The notes beneath the pieces are model-generated. The model saw only the letters and a program-made list of their open reading frames with translations. It had not been told where the DNA came from and searched no databases. DNA of 64,000 nt. Source: a virus. The translations under genes were made by a program, and so were the position numbers. Positions 42,317 through 52,674 of the stretch are shown in pieces. The stretch's first letter is position 1, and each line of letters begins with the position of its first letter. The stretch spans positions 32,001 to 96,000 of IMG/VR virus record IMGVR_UViG_3300002835_000050, one strand, 5' to 3'.

Positions 42317-43333
42317 ATGGCAGATAAAAGTAATAGAGATAAAGATACTGATATAATACTAGAGTATCTTTCTAATTTTCCAAATGCACCATCTCTAACC
42401 TTAGCTAGAAAAATATATGCGGAACACCCAACCTTTTATTCTTTTGAAAGGGTGTACAATAAAGTTAGGTATTACAGAGGTCAAATGGGACCAAAGCACA
42501 GAAAAAGATTAAAAGATAAAACACATCAACAAGAACTTAAAGTAGAATTTACTATGAAAGAAAAATTCTTACCTGAGTCTTATGCTAGTAAGCGTGATAC
42601 TTTTGTATTTCCTACGGGAACCAAATCAGTAGGCATCATCGGAGATGTTCATATTCCTTACCAAGATAATGATGCTATAGAAGTAGCATTTGCTAAAATG
42701 GAAGAAGAAAAGATTGAATCTTTATTCATCAATGGTGACTTATTAGACTTCTATCAGCTTTCATTTCATGAGAAAGATCCAAGAATGGTTCATTTCAAAC
42801 AAGAAATAGAAGCAGGAAGACAGTTCTTAGACTATTGTAGATCTAGATTCCCAAGTATCCCAATTTATCTAATTCCGGGTAACCATGAAAATAGATTTGA
42901 AAGATACCTTAGAGTTAAAGCATCAGAACTAATAGACATGGATGAATTTAGACTTGATGTCTTATTACATGTTGCAGAATATGGTGTACAATATATTCCA
43001 TTTAGATCTAAAGTTGTCTTTGGTGACTTCTTAATAGAACATGGAGATAAAATTCCAGGTGCAGGTGGTGTAGTACCAGCCCGTACAGCTCTAATGAAAT
43101 TAAAAACTAACTGTCTTATCAATCACTTTCACAAAACTAGTTCTAGTATTCAAAGAGTCTATGGACCAGGAGATTCAACAATTATCCGTGGTTATAGCCT
43201 TGGATGTTTATGTGAGCTTACTCCTGAGTATTTAGAGATTAATGAATGGAACCATGGTTTTGCTATATTAAAGAAAGTAGGTGGTCAAGTTCAAGTTAAT
43301 AATTATAAGATAGAAGGTAATCAAATAGTCTAA
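42317..43333 (+). CDS. Calcineurin-like metallophosphoesterase
   Basis: GDVH, NGDLLD, GNHE, HGD, NHFH motifs. Confidence 0.85.
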   Translation: MADKSNRDKDTDIILEYLSNFPNAPSLTLARKIYAEHPTFYSFERVYNKVRYYRGQMGPKHRKRLKDKTHQQELKVEFTMKEKFLPESYASKRDTFVFPTGTKSVGIIGDVHIPYQDNDAIEVAFAKMEEEKIESLFINGDLLDFYQLSFHEKDPRMVHFKQEIEAGRQFLDYCRSRFPSIPIYLIPGNHENRFERYLRVKASELIDMDEFRLDVLLHVAEYGVQYIPFRSKVVFGDFLIEHGDKIPGAGGVVPARTALMKLKTNCLINHFHKTSSSIQRVYGPGDSTIIRGYSLGCLCELTPEYLEINEWNHGFAILKKVGGQVQVNNYKIEGNQIV

Positions 43334-43623
43334 TGTTTTTAGCAATAGAATTTACAGATAAAGATGGTTCTTATATTGAGCATCTTAATGTTACTCATAT
43401 AACTAGAATATCATTTGTTAATGCAATGAATTCTGATGCAGGAACTAAGATCCATTTAAGAACAGGTGAAGTTTTAACAACACCTGCTCCTATGGATTTA
43501 ATTTCTCAAAAGATTGATGAGTGCTGGAAATCAGCAGCTACATTAGTTATCTTTAATATTCTTGCTGAAAAGGCTAAACTGCGTTCTGATGCGGACAATG
43601 AAGGATCTCTAGAAACTGAATAA
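43333..43623 (+). CDS. Hypothetical protein
   Basis: Coupled (TAATG) to the phosphoesterase gene. Confidence 0.6.
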   Translation: MFLAIEFTDKDGSYIEHLNVTHITRISFVNAMNSDAGTKIHLRTGEVLTTPAPMDLISQKIDECWKSAATLVIFNILAEKAKLRSDADNEGSLETE

Positions 43624-43837
43624 CTTGTTCTTTATCAGATATTTTGAAGTTAAGTGGCCAGTCTAGGTTATAAATAAACCACTGGTCATCTTTTACTTCA
43701 TCACTATCTACGGAACTTAATGTTAAATTATCAAATACTTCAAGATTATAATAATGATAATCATATCCATTTTGACTTTCTGAGTCATTGATATCTACTT
43801 TGATAAAGCCTAAATCAATTAAATCTTGTTCTGTCAT
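43574..43837 (-). CDS. Hypothetical protein
   Basis: MTEQDLIDLGF start typical of phage mini-genes. Confidence 0.6.
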   Translation of the reverse strand: MTEQDLIDLGFIKVDINDSESQNGYDYHYYNLEVFDNLTLSSVDSDEVKDDQWFIYNLDWPLNFKISDKEQVIQFLEILHCPHQNAV

Positions 43838-43839
43838 AA

Positions 43840-44424
43840 CTATTTATTAAAAGTTGCTATAAATAATTCTTTAGATAACACAGTATGTGGGTAGTCCTTT
43901 ACAATTTCACTAAGTCTTACACTTGCTGGACCTATACCCCATTCTCCATGTTCTTCTATTCTTTTCTTTCTCATATTAACTATAGAAAGATACACAAGGT
44001 TTAAATTATCAATATCTTTAGACTGCATCATGTTAGACATATTACGCGCTTCATCTTCAGTTATATAATCTAATACTTTCAGTAATTGGATCTCTGCTAA
44101 TAAAATAAAAGGCCGGTAATCACCAGCCTTTGTACCATGATTATAGAGATGCCATAAATAATGTAAATTTTGATCTACATCTTTAGTCATATAAAAATGT
44201 TCTTTAACAATTACATTAACTAAATGTTTAATCTCAGGAATTTTAATGTAAATATCTTTATATTCCATATATAATTCAAAATCTTCACTTTCTAAATATC
44301 TATAATAACCTTTTTTACAAAGCATAGCTGCCTGGTTTTCTGTATAACCAGGATACCATTTTGTTAAAAAAGTTTCTATAGGTCTATTTGATAAATGTCT
44401 TTTTACTCCATAATTAACTCCCAT
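43840..44424 (-). CDS. Hypothetical protein
   Basis: Contains MMQSKDIDNLNLV. Confidence 0.65.
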   Translation of the reverse strand: MGVNYGVKRHLSNRPIETFLTKWYPGYTENQAAMLCKKGYYRYLESEDFELYMEYKDIYIKIPEIKHLVNVIVKEHFYMTKDVDQNLHYLWHLYNHGTKAGDYRPFILLAEIQLLKVLDYITEDEARNMSNMMQSKDIDNLNLVYLSIVNMRKKRIEEHGEWGIGPASVRLSEIVKDYPHTVLSKELFIATFNK

Positions 44425-44470
44425 AAGTTGTTTTAAAATTCTAACTCTTCCTAACCAACTCTTTATCTTA

Positions 44471-44650
44471 TTACTTAAGGAAGTTTATGTATGCTTGAGC
44501 TTTTCTTTTAGAATCATATACTATTACATTACCTGTGTCATCTTTGACATCACTCCAGAAAAATAAGAAAGCCTTCTTTCTTACTGTGTACTTGATTAAT
44601 CCATCATTTTGGATTTCTTCTACTTTGTAGTTTTCTTTTTTTGCATTCAT
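44471..44650 (-). CDS. 59-aa hypothetical protein (not in track)
   Basis: MNAKKENYKVEEIQ...AQAYINFLK. Confidence 0.5.
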   Translation of the reverse strand: MNAKKENYKVEEIQNDGLIKYTVRKKAFLFFWSDVKDDTGNVIVYDSKRKAQAYINFLK

Positions 44651-44651
44651 T

Positions 44652-44870
44652 TTACTCTAGGTTTAAATTATACTCTTCTAATATATCTCTAAGTTTTTCT
44701 CTGACTGTCTCATAAGCTGCAGGATCTTCATTATCTGGACAATATTTAATTTTGCCTCTTAGATATTGATCTAAATCCCAAGCCAATGTCTTCCATCTAC
44801 CAGCATCTAAAGCTGTTCTAGCTTCTTCTGCTTCTTCATTAGAATCAAATGTCAGTGTTATCTTTCCCAT
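44652..44870 (-). CDS. Hypothetical protein
   Basis: WDLDQYLR motif. Confidence 0.6.
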   Translation of the reverse strand: MGKITLTFDSNEEAEEARTALDAGRWKTLAWDLDQYLRGKIKYCPDNEDPAAYETVREKLRDILEEYNLNLE

Positions 44871-45069
44871 TAGTTATATCTTTTAGTTGATTCCATATGG
44901 CTTCAGCATTATCACCCCAGTACATTTCACAAGTAAACTTACCATCTTCTATTTTACCAGGAGCTTCTGTAAAATAACTTTGTGCTATAAGACTTTTAGG
45001 AGCTGTAAACCTATAACATTTTTCTTTAACCGGACAATCTTGTCCTGAACACATGGATATATCAGCCAT
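44845..45069 (-). CDS. Small Cys-rich phage protein
   Basis: DISMCSGQDCPVKEKCYRF...CEMYW. Confidence 0.65.
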   Translation of the reverse strand: MADISMCSGQDCPVKEKCYRFTAPKSLIAQSYFTEAPGKIEDGKFTCEMYWGDNAEAIWNQLKDITNGKDNTDI

Positions 45070-45075
45070 AATAAA

Positions 45076-45531
45076 TTATTTTAAAAATTGATAAGCCCTA
45101 GTACTTTCATCTAAACTAAAGAAGTAAGTATCTCCACTCATATCTATCATCATATAATCAGATGCTAAGAAACTTGTTAAGAATGCAGCATCATCTTTAA
45201 TATTATTTTTTACAATAGCCATTTTAAGACCTTCTGTAACTCTACCATAAGTAGTGTATTCAGTTATTCTATCTCCTTTTTTAAAAGTAATAACAAAAGT
45301 AGCATCCCCACTGTTCCCAAATTGGTAACCTTCTAACAGACTCAAAAATAAAACTATTTTATTATCTGACTTAGCTAATGATATAGCACCATCATTATCT
45401 GGATACTTAAATATAACAGTTCTAAAATCACCATCTTGTTTAAGATAGATATTATCTCCTATTACTGTTGTTTCTTGTGCAAAAGTTGTTAAACTTAATA
45501 ACAATGTTAATGCAAATATAATCTTTTTCAT
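45076..45531 (-). CDS. Secreted/periplasmic protein with signal peptide
   Basis: MKKIIFALTLLLSLTTFAQ, a Bacteroidota-style A-Q cleavage site. Confidence 0.7.
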   Translation of the reverse strand: MKKIIFALTLLLSLTTFAQETTVIGDNIYLKQDGDFRTVIFKYPDNDGAISLAKSDNKIVLFLSLLEGYQFGNSGDATFVITFKKGDRITEYTTYGRVTEGLKMAIVKNNIKDDAAFLTSFLASDYMMIDMSGDTYFFSLDESTRAYQFLK

Positions 45532-45734
45532 AATTCTTTAGTTTTTTCTTGTTTATATTCTTTATAATTAATCCAGAAACCAATTGCTACTATGATATTC
45601 ATACCAAAGGAAGCAATTATTTCCATAACATCTTCATACACAGTGGTCATTAAATGAATATGACCAATAGTCCAGAATGGTATAGCCAAGTTTTGACTAA
45701 TCCATACTATAGTAAATTTAAGAAAATGTTTCAT
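45528..45734 (-). CDS. Small membrane protein
   Basis: Hydrophobic segments. Confidence 0.55.
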   Translation of the reverse strand: MKHFLKFTIVWISQNLAIPFWTIGHIHLMTTVYEDVMEIIASFGMNIIVAIGFWINYKEYKQEKTKEL

Positions 45735-48700
45735 TATAGTATTGTTCCGCTTTTAATCTTTGTAATGGATTATCTTCAGCAATCCAAGCATCAATAATCT
45801 GTTGCTTTTCCATTTCTTTGGCTTGTTGAATTATTTCTATTTGATTTAGAGTTGGATATTTTAACTCAAATAATTGTTCTGCTAACCATTCTACTGCTGT
45901 TTGTTTCATTGTTCTTGTTGTTTAGTTATACTTTTCTGTTGTTCAATTGTTATACTTTTATGTTTCATTGTTCTTGTTGTTGATTATATTTTTTCATAAA
46001 TTCAGTATCTTCACTAGGTAATGACATTCCTAATTCTACGTATTGGTCAACAATATAGGATTCTTCATTACACCAAGTACATCCATGGTGACTCATTCTA
46101 CTTCCACAATTTTCACATTCTTTCATTGTTCTTTTTGTTTAAAGTAAGTACTCCATTTCTTTTCATGAGATTCTTTGACAACTACAGCATCCAGTATATC
46201 CATATTCCCATCTTTTTCAGTAAGCTTTAATAATGTTGAGTGTATTAAGTCTACTGTAACATAATCTACAGCCAAACCAGCCATGTTTAATGCAACTAAC
46301 ATCAAATGCTGTTTTTCTTCATAATCAGATATTTCAACTTTCATACTACTCCTTTTTTAATTCTTCTTCAAGTAAAAATTTATAATGTAAAGGCAAATAC
46401 ATGCTAAATGTATCAAACATATCCATAACTTCTTTTTTACTATACATTCTTTCAGCTTGATATTTAACACCTTCTATAAAAGCATCAACTTGTTCAAGAT
46501 CATATATTGAATCACCATATCTCCTTTTAGCTTCTTTAATATGTTCTTCCATCTTATTTCTTTTTAAATTGTTCAAGCCATTGTTTAAAATTTTTCCAAG
46601 TAAAATAATATTCTTGATGAAGCATACTTCCTCTCATATAACCCTTTTTACCTGCTTCAAAAGATAATTTCATATCTTCCTCACTATACACCCTTTCTTC
46701 ATACCGTATAGTACCATAAATAGTTGTTTTTTGTTTAGGCTCTTCTTTTGGAATGATGATTTTGTAATTATCAAACCAATGATTTTGGTATATATTTCCT
46801 GATTCATAAGGTAGTTTATAAGGTTCATTTAAAACATCAACCTTCTCACAACTCGGATTCTTAACAAACCATTCTAAGAAATCATCATCAATAGCCTGTA
46901 CACTATCTTTGATTAAATCTTGGTCTGTTGTTAGGATGATTCTTTTGCAGAAATGTGGATTTGGCTTAAAGGTATGTTTGGTTATAATATGAACATCTCC
47001 TACTGGGTCTCTATGATAAAAAGCCCCACTATTAAATATAGAACTATCGTAAGGTAATTTTTCATCAGAAGTGATGTAGATATTTTGGGCATGTAATTCA
47101 TTAGCCTCTTTATCTAATACTAATTCACCATTAATAGTGTTTATCCACAATCTACTTGGCTTATCTGTTGGTATTACATGTATGTTTTTCATATCAAATC
47201 TTTTAAAAGGTTATGTTTTCTAGTTCTATGTCTTTTCATAGTTTCATTCCATTCTTTACCTCCTTTATAATAAACTTTAGAACCTCCACGGGCAGCTCTA
47301 TTCTCTAAATCCCTTTCTTTTTTCTTAGGGTCTTGTATAAAAGTTATAAGTCTTCTGGAAACTTTAAACATAGCAGCTATTTTTCTTTGACTAAGTCCTT
47401 GTTGAGTCCAATATAAAACCATTTCTCTTTGACAAGGTAATAGTTTAACTCTTTTATCTAAAAAAGGAGAATCAAGCTTTAACTTTTCAGTTTTATAAGG
47501 CATTATATCTTTTTAAGTATTAAACATCCTTCTGAGTCTAGTTTAGGCTTATCTCCAGGTATACAAACACCTTTTTTGTCTATACCATCACAGTTAGGAT
47601 CAAGACATTCCATCTCAATCTCAACTTCAATTTCTGTTGGTTGTTGGAGGGATTGGATAATTTGATTTCCTTCTTGAAAATCTAAGTCTTGATGATAAGG
47701 ATAACCTCTTATAAAAGAATCTGCTAATTTATGTAAAGATTTTAGAAGATCTTTCTCACTAAACTTTTTATCTTCTAACAACTCTAAAGCTTTTTTGAAC
47801 CCTTCAATATATGAAGAACTGAACCCGTAGAAGTTACCTACTTTTGAAGTAAATTCTTTACTTAATTCAGCATTTGCATAATTAACAGCCAACTCTTCCA
47901 AGTCATACCCACGTTCAATTGCTTGACAGTTTTTAATAGATAGCTTTTGAAACCAATCAAGTGATGATGCAATTTTAGAATCATCTTCACCGTATAAATC
48001 CCACCTATTTAATCTTTTTACTAATTTGCCTTTCATATTATTCTAAGTTATTTATTAAAATGGATTAAGAAGCTTATTTTCCTTTTAATTGTAGGATACT
48101 CACTTAATAACCATAAAACTAAGTCATCTTGTTCTGAATCATCAATATGGAACTCTCCATAAGTATTTAACTTGTGTCCTTGTAACACTTCATTTTGTTG
48201 TAAATGCTCAGGAATCTCTGATAATTTAATTACTGCTTTTGTTATATATTTCATACTACTTCTTTTTTTTAACTAAAGGATTAGCTTTTTCTAAACAATC
48301 ATTACATACCCAAACTCCAATCTCTTGCATTTCAGATTTAACTTTATCTAAATGACAATAGTAACAATTCTTTTTTACTTCTTTTTCCATCTTAGTTTGT
48401 TTTTGTTTCAACAAGTTCAATTAGTTTGTCAAGACATTCAAGTTCTGCTTCTTCATAAGTATCAAAGTCAACTATATGTTCCCAATAATTTACGGACTCA
48501 GGGTGTTTTAAAAAACCTATTTTATTATTACCGTATGAATATCTGTGAACTACTTTACCTTTAAATCTATCATATCTAGATTGTATGAAAGAAGGGATCT
48601 CATACTCCTCTCTAAACCATCTAAATGCTTGTTGGAATGTTGGTCTTGATGTCCAATTTAAAAATGAAGTATTATAGTCCCAACCCTCTATTGTTAAAAC

Positions 48701-49399
48701 ATCAGAAAGCATAGGCTTATTTTCGCCATAATAAGTTAAGCATCTTTCTTTAAATCCAAGTGCTTTGAGCTTTGAAGCCTGCTCATAAGGTATAAATTCT
48801 TTTTCCATTTTATTTTGATTTATTTATTCTTTTACCTACATTATATCCTGCCCAAAACCAAAGTATAAAGCCTATATGTGATAATATTAATACCATCTTA
48901 TTCTGATTTAAGATTTATATACTCTGTACAGCGCATAGATTCCAAAAAGAGTAAGACATATTATTGCTACTAATTTGGTCATTTGAATTATATCTTCCAT
49001 TTTATTCTGATTTATAGATTAATTTTTCTAATATAAACAACTCTACCTCTACCTACATTTAACTTTTGTAAAACATCCTCTTCACTGTGTGCCCATAATG
49101 TAGTTGTTGTGTACTCTACTTCTATAGGCATTGTGTATGATAACCCTCCAAGTGATGTCCAATATTTTATTTCATACTTCATCTTATTCTGATTTAGTTT
49201 TGTTGTATAAATGTTCTAGATACTCTTTCTTTTCTGGATTATCTACATTACTCCAATCAACTAATTGTTCTTCTGTAGTTGCTTTAGCCGTTTGAATATA
49301 TCCAGGTAAACTGTTATTCTCTTCTACTGCAGTAGCTACAATCATAGCAATTATAATAACACCAAAGTACCATTTGTATAATTCAATCTCCTTCTTCAT
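45718..49399 (-). other. Array of coupled mini-genes (45718-45909, 45906-45968, 45965-46126, 46123-46344, 46346-46576, 46554-47192, 47189-47503, 47503-48036, 48048-48254, 48256-48390, 48392-48808, 48810-48896, 48908-49000, 49012-49182, 49184-49399)
   Basis: Back-to-back ORFs, several below the track cutoff (two CxxC-CxxC peptides); repeated junction sequences. Confidence 0.65.
47189..47503 (-). CDS. HTH DNA-binding protein
   Basis: GLSQRKIAAMFKVSRRLITFI. Confidence 0.7.
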   Translation of the reverse strand: MPYKTEKLKLDSPFLDKRVKLLPCQREMVLYWTQQGLSQRKIAAMFKVSRRLITFIQDPKKKERDLENRAARGGSKVYYKGGKEWNETMKRHRTRKHNLLKDLI

Positions 49400-49401
49400 T
49401 A

Positions 49402-49683
49402 TTAGTTCCTGTAAAGTTTGGCAATTCTTTTTTGTTCTTGCTCTCTCTTCTCAAAATCCTCTCTAAGACAATTTTTGAAGTTTCTTTCAGTGAGCTCAAT
49501 CTTTTTGATCTCTTCTGGATCCTCAATATCAAGTAAGATATTTTTTCTTTTTTCTTTTTCATACAATTCCCAGTTATAAATTTCCATTTGTTTCATTTCA
49601 GACATTTCTCCAATAGTTAAACCTTCTGGTATGCCATCATTAGCTTCCATGACCTGCATGTAGACTTCTTTCATTCTTCCCAT
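49402..49683 (-). CDS. Hypothetical protein
   Basis: MGRMKEVYM start; ORF in operon. Confidence 0.6.
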   Translation of the reverse strand: MGRMKEVYMQVMEANDGIPEGLTIGEMSEMKQMEIYNWELYEKEKRKNILLDIEDPEEIKKIELTERNFKNCLREDFEKREQEQKRIAKLYRN

Positions 49684-50111
49684 TCTAAACCTTTTTTAAT
49701 TAATTCTCTAATTGCAGTATGCATATACATATCATTTTTATCAGCATACATCTTTACTTGGCCATATAACATTTGATCCAAACTTAACATGACTTTGCTT
49801 CTTTGCTTAAGCTTAGATTTTATATTAGGTTCAGGAAAAGTAAATGGAAATAACTTTTGTACTTCTGTAGTATTCTTAATGAATGTACCATCTTGCAATA
49901 ACAACAAGAAATAAGGAATCTTTTTAGATATGTTTATTGTACTTCTATCAATTTTAAATATAAAACCTAACTCATCTTCAGTTAAATTAAACTTATAAAA
50001 CATTAAGGCTAGTAAATAGTTTCTATTATCTAAGTAGTTTCTTTTTCTTGTTTTCTTGATTATAAACACATTGGTTAAATAATCCCGGACATCTGTTTCT
50101 GTATAACTCAT
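49671..50111 (-). CDS. Putative DNA-binding protein (DnaA-C-like HTH plus RHH-like tail)
   Basis: KTRKRNYLDNR...LTEDELGFIFKIDRSTI; C-terminal HTAIRELIKKGL. Confidence 0.45.
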   Translation of the reverse strand: MSYTETDVRDYLTNVFIIKKTRKRNYLDNRNYLLALMFYKFNLTEDELGFIFKIDRSTINISKKIPYFLLLLQDGTFIKNTTEVQKLFPFTFPEPNIKSKLKQRSKVMLSLDQMLYGQVKMYADKNDMYMHTAIRELIKKGLEWEE

Positions 50112-50291
50112 AAGAAAAACGGAAATAATAGCCCTTTAAATTCAGATACTAAGGCCCCAATAGTAATTGTATTTAAGAAGCTATGATCATGAGACCATAA
50201 CCACATAAAATACAATGTCATTATTTGAGACAGCACAACATATAGCCATACTGCTCCTATAAACATTTTTTCCATAAAATTTGATTTTTAA

Positions 50292-50564
50292 TTAGACAGC
50301 TAGTTCTTCTTCAATTAACTCTTCTTCCTCTACTGCATTTTCTAATGATTGATCTATTAAGATACCAAATCTATCAGCATCATAATACTCATAAGGAAAA
50401 GAATTTTTAGATAAAGATACTTCTTTAAGAAGATATCCAAACTTACCTGCTTGGATACCCATTTTTACTGTTTCAGTAACAGTATAGATAGTGCCTTCCT
50501 TAATCCACTCATTTTGAGGAATCTTAACTGGCTTTTTAGTATCATTAATGCATATGACTTTCAT
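50292..50564 (-). CDS. Hypothetical protein
   Basis: MKVICIND...YDADRF phage pattern. Confidence 0.6.
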   Translation of the reverse strand: MKVICINDTKKPVKIPQNEWIKEGTIYTVTETVKMGIQAGKFGYLLKEVSLSKNSFPYEYYDADRFGILIDQSLENAVEEEELIEEELAV

Positions 50565-50799
50565 GTTCTTCTACAGTAACTTTAAGTCCCAAAGATACTA
50601 AATCTTCACTTATAGTTTGCATATCATACCATGAACCATTTTTTATATGACATTTACCGTTACTATGTGTAATTAATGCACACTGCTCAGCTTGAATAGG
50701 ATCATGATTACATAATTTAATCAAGCAAGCCATAACATAAGGAAAATCATTTATGTCATCATTGTGCATTATAAGTTTGTGTGTATCAGATATATCCAT
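50545..50799 (-). CDS. clpS: ClpS-like N-degron adaptor
   Basis: KLIMHNDDINDFPYVMACL...AEQCALITHSNGKC. Confidence 0.8.
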   Translation of the reverse strand: MDISDTHKLIMHNDDINDFPYVMACLIKLCNHDPIQAEQCALITHSNGKCHIKNGSWYDMQTISEDLVSLGLKVTVEEHESHMH

Positions 50800-50816
50800 A
50801 TAACTAATATAATAAA

Positions 50817-51908
50817 TTATAATGTAATGTTAAAGTTTTTCCAGAGTATTTTACTTTGGTCAAATCCTTCTAGAGCATCTTTTACCCATTTTTCATCTAC
50901 AGTGTCTTTATAACATAAAATGTGGATAATAGCTTTATCATCAGGATTTAATCTGAGAAGCCGCCCGATGCGCTGACTGGCCTTACGCTCATTACCATAA
51001 GCATGCATGATAATACCTTGTTTTAAATCTGGTATGTTTATACCTTCATTTAACTGCAGAACAGTTGAAAGTTTATTAATCTTACCATTTTTAAATAAAT
51101 CTAAGTTTACCTCAGATTGGGTATTATTACTATGATAACTATAATTACATAGTTTATCAGCTTGATCTTGAGTATTAGCAAACAGAATACATTTACTTTG
51201 GATGTCTTCAAATAATTTTTTAGCATAGTGCTCTTTACTTGGATACTCCATCATAGCTTTCATTCTCATAACTCTCATAATATGTACTGGACCAGAACCT
51301 GTTTCTAGTCTATTACACCAGTAACTATAGTTCTGAACTTCAGATGTCATAAATGATCTGTTCTTCATATTAACTGGAAAGTTCTTCTGATTACTTAAGT
51401 AAAGCTCATGTACAATGATTTGATAATCATTTAAGATACCGTTCTCAATAGCTTCATCTGCTTTAAAAGTATATGCTACAGGACAGAATTCATGTACTAA
51501 CTTACCTTTTTCTGAATCTTTATATCTAGGTGGAGTACCCGTTAAACCTAGTACTTTACCTTTATATAATTGCAAAAATCCCCGGTGACTATCAAGTAAT
51601 GAATGACATTCATCTAGACATACAATATCAAAGTCTTTTGGATCTTTCTTATTCAGACTTAAGTAAGTAGTAAATACTATTCTACCTAATAAATGATGCA
51701 TATTAAACTTTTCAGCATCATCTTTCCATGACTGAAATATTGCTTTTTTAGGAGCAACTACCAGTATTCTCATTAGTGGTGTACTGTTTCTCTCAATATA
51801 GTTTAGGCCAACAAGGGTCTTACCGACCCCTGTGCCTAAACAGATTGAACTTCTTTGTTTACTATCAGTAGCAGCTAATGCTTCTAGTTGTATGTCTTGT
51901 CTGTCCAT
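50817..51908 (-). CDS. Superfamily 2 DExH helicase
   Basis: GTGVGKT; DECH; GLTGTP; LNEGINIP; QRIGRLLR. Confidence 0.88.
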   Translation of the reverse strand: MDRQDIQLEALAATDSKQRSSICLGTGVGKTLVGLNYIERNSTPLMRILVVAPKKAIFQSWKDDAEKFNMHHLLGRIVFTTYLSLNKKDPKDFDIVCLDECHSLLDSHRGFLQLYKGKVLGLTGTPPRYKDSEKGKLVHEFCPVAYTFKADEAIENGILNDYQIIVHELYLSNQKNFPVNMKNRSFMTSEVQNYSYWCNRLETGSGPVHIMRVMRMKAMMEYPSKEHYAKKLFEDIQSKCILFANTQDQADKLCNYSYHSNNTQSEVNLDLFKNGKINKLSTVLQLNEGINIPDLKQGIIMHAYGNERKASQRIGRLLRLNPDDKAIIHILCYKDTVDEKWVKDALEGFDQSKILWKNFNITL

Positions 51909-51909
51909 G

Positions 51910-52647
51910 TTAAATTAAATTGAATACATTCTTTTGAATAAATTTATTAGCATAAGAAGGATCTGACATAACTTTAATTGTTTTAATGTGCTCCTCAATA
52001 TTTGCTAATGTTTTCTTATGATCATATGTAGGATAAGCTTGAATAAATACAGTTAAGAATTGTTTCTTAACCCATCTATCAGCAACTCCAATCTTAATAA
52101 ATAGATCACTAAATGCTTTACACATTTCTTGAGCTTTAGGATTAGTTACTCTAAACTCTCCATTTTTAATCTTAGCACTAGCAGCAGAAACACTATTATA
52201 TGAATTATTATTATTACAAATTGCTGCAATCATTAAAGATTCTAAATTATATAACCCCATATACTCACTAAGTTTAACATAATCAGGACTATAAAATGAA
52301 AATGCATGAATGTAATCTTTTAACTGCCAAGACTTAGATGAATTGTTATAATAAGCCATTTTTCTAATAAGGTCTTCTTTGTCAATTACTTCAACATACT
52401 CATATCTTACCGGAATTTGTTCTCTTCTACAACAATCTAATAAATGATCACCATCTATTACATATGTTAATTTTGATCCTGTAAAGAAATCTACTTTACA
52501 ACAAATAACTTGTCTTGTGTTCCCTAATACGCGAACACTTTCTACTAATTCTTGTGTATGCTTAGACAATGTTGGTCTTTGCATTGGTAATCTGTTAAAC
52601 ATATTATAATTTGTTGTAACAGGAATTTTAATAAAATCATTTTTCAT
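51910..52647 (-). CDS. ParB/Srx-like domain protein
   Basis: YVIDGDHLL; NNSSKSW. Confidence 0.55.
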   Translation of the reverse strand: MKNDFIKIPVTTNYNMFNRLPMQRPTLSKHTQELVESVRVLGNTRQVICCKVDFFTGSKLTYVIDGDHLLDCCRREQIPVRYEYVEVIDKEDLIRKMAYYNNSSKSWQLKDYIHAFSFYSPDYVKLSEYMGLYNLESLMIAAICNNNNSYNSVSAASAKIKNGEFRVTNPKAQEMCKAFSDLFIKIGVADRWVKKQFLTVFIQAYPTYDHKKTLANIEEHIKTIKVMSDPSYANKFIQKNVFNLI

Positions 52648-52674
52648 AATCAGAATTTTTAATCAGTTAATAAA

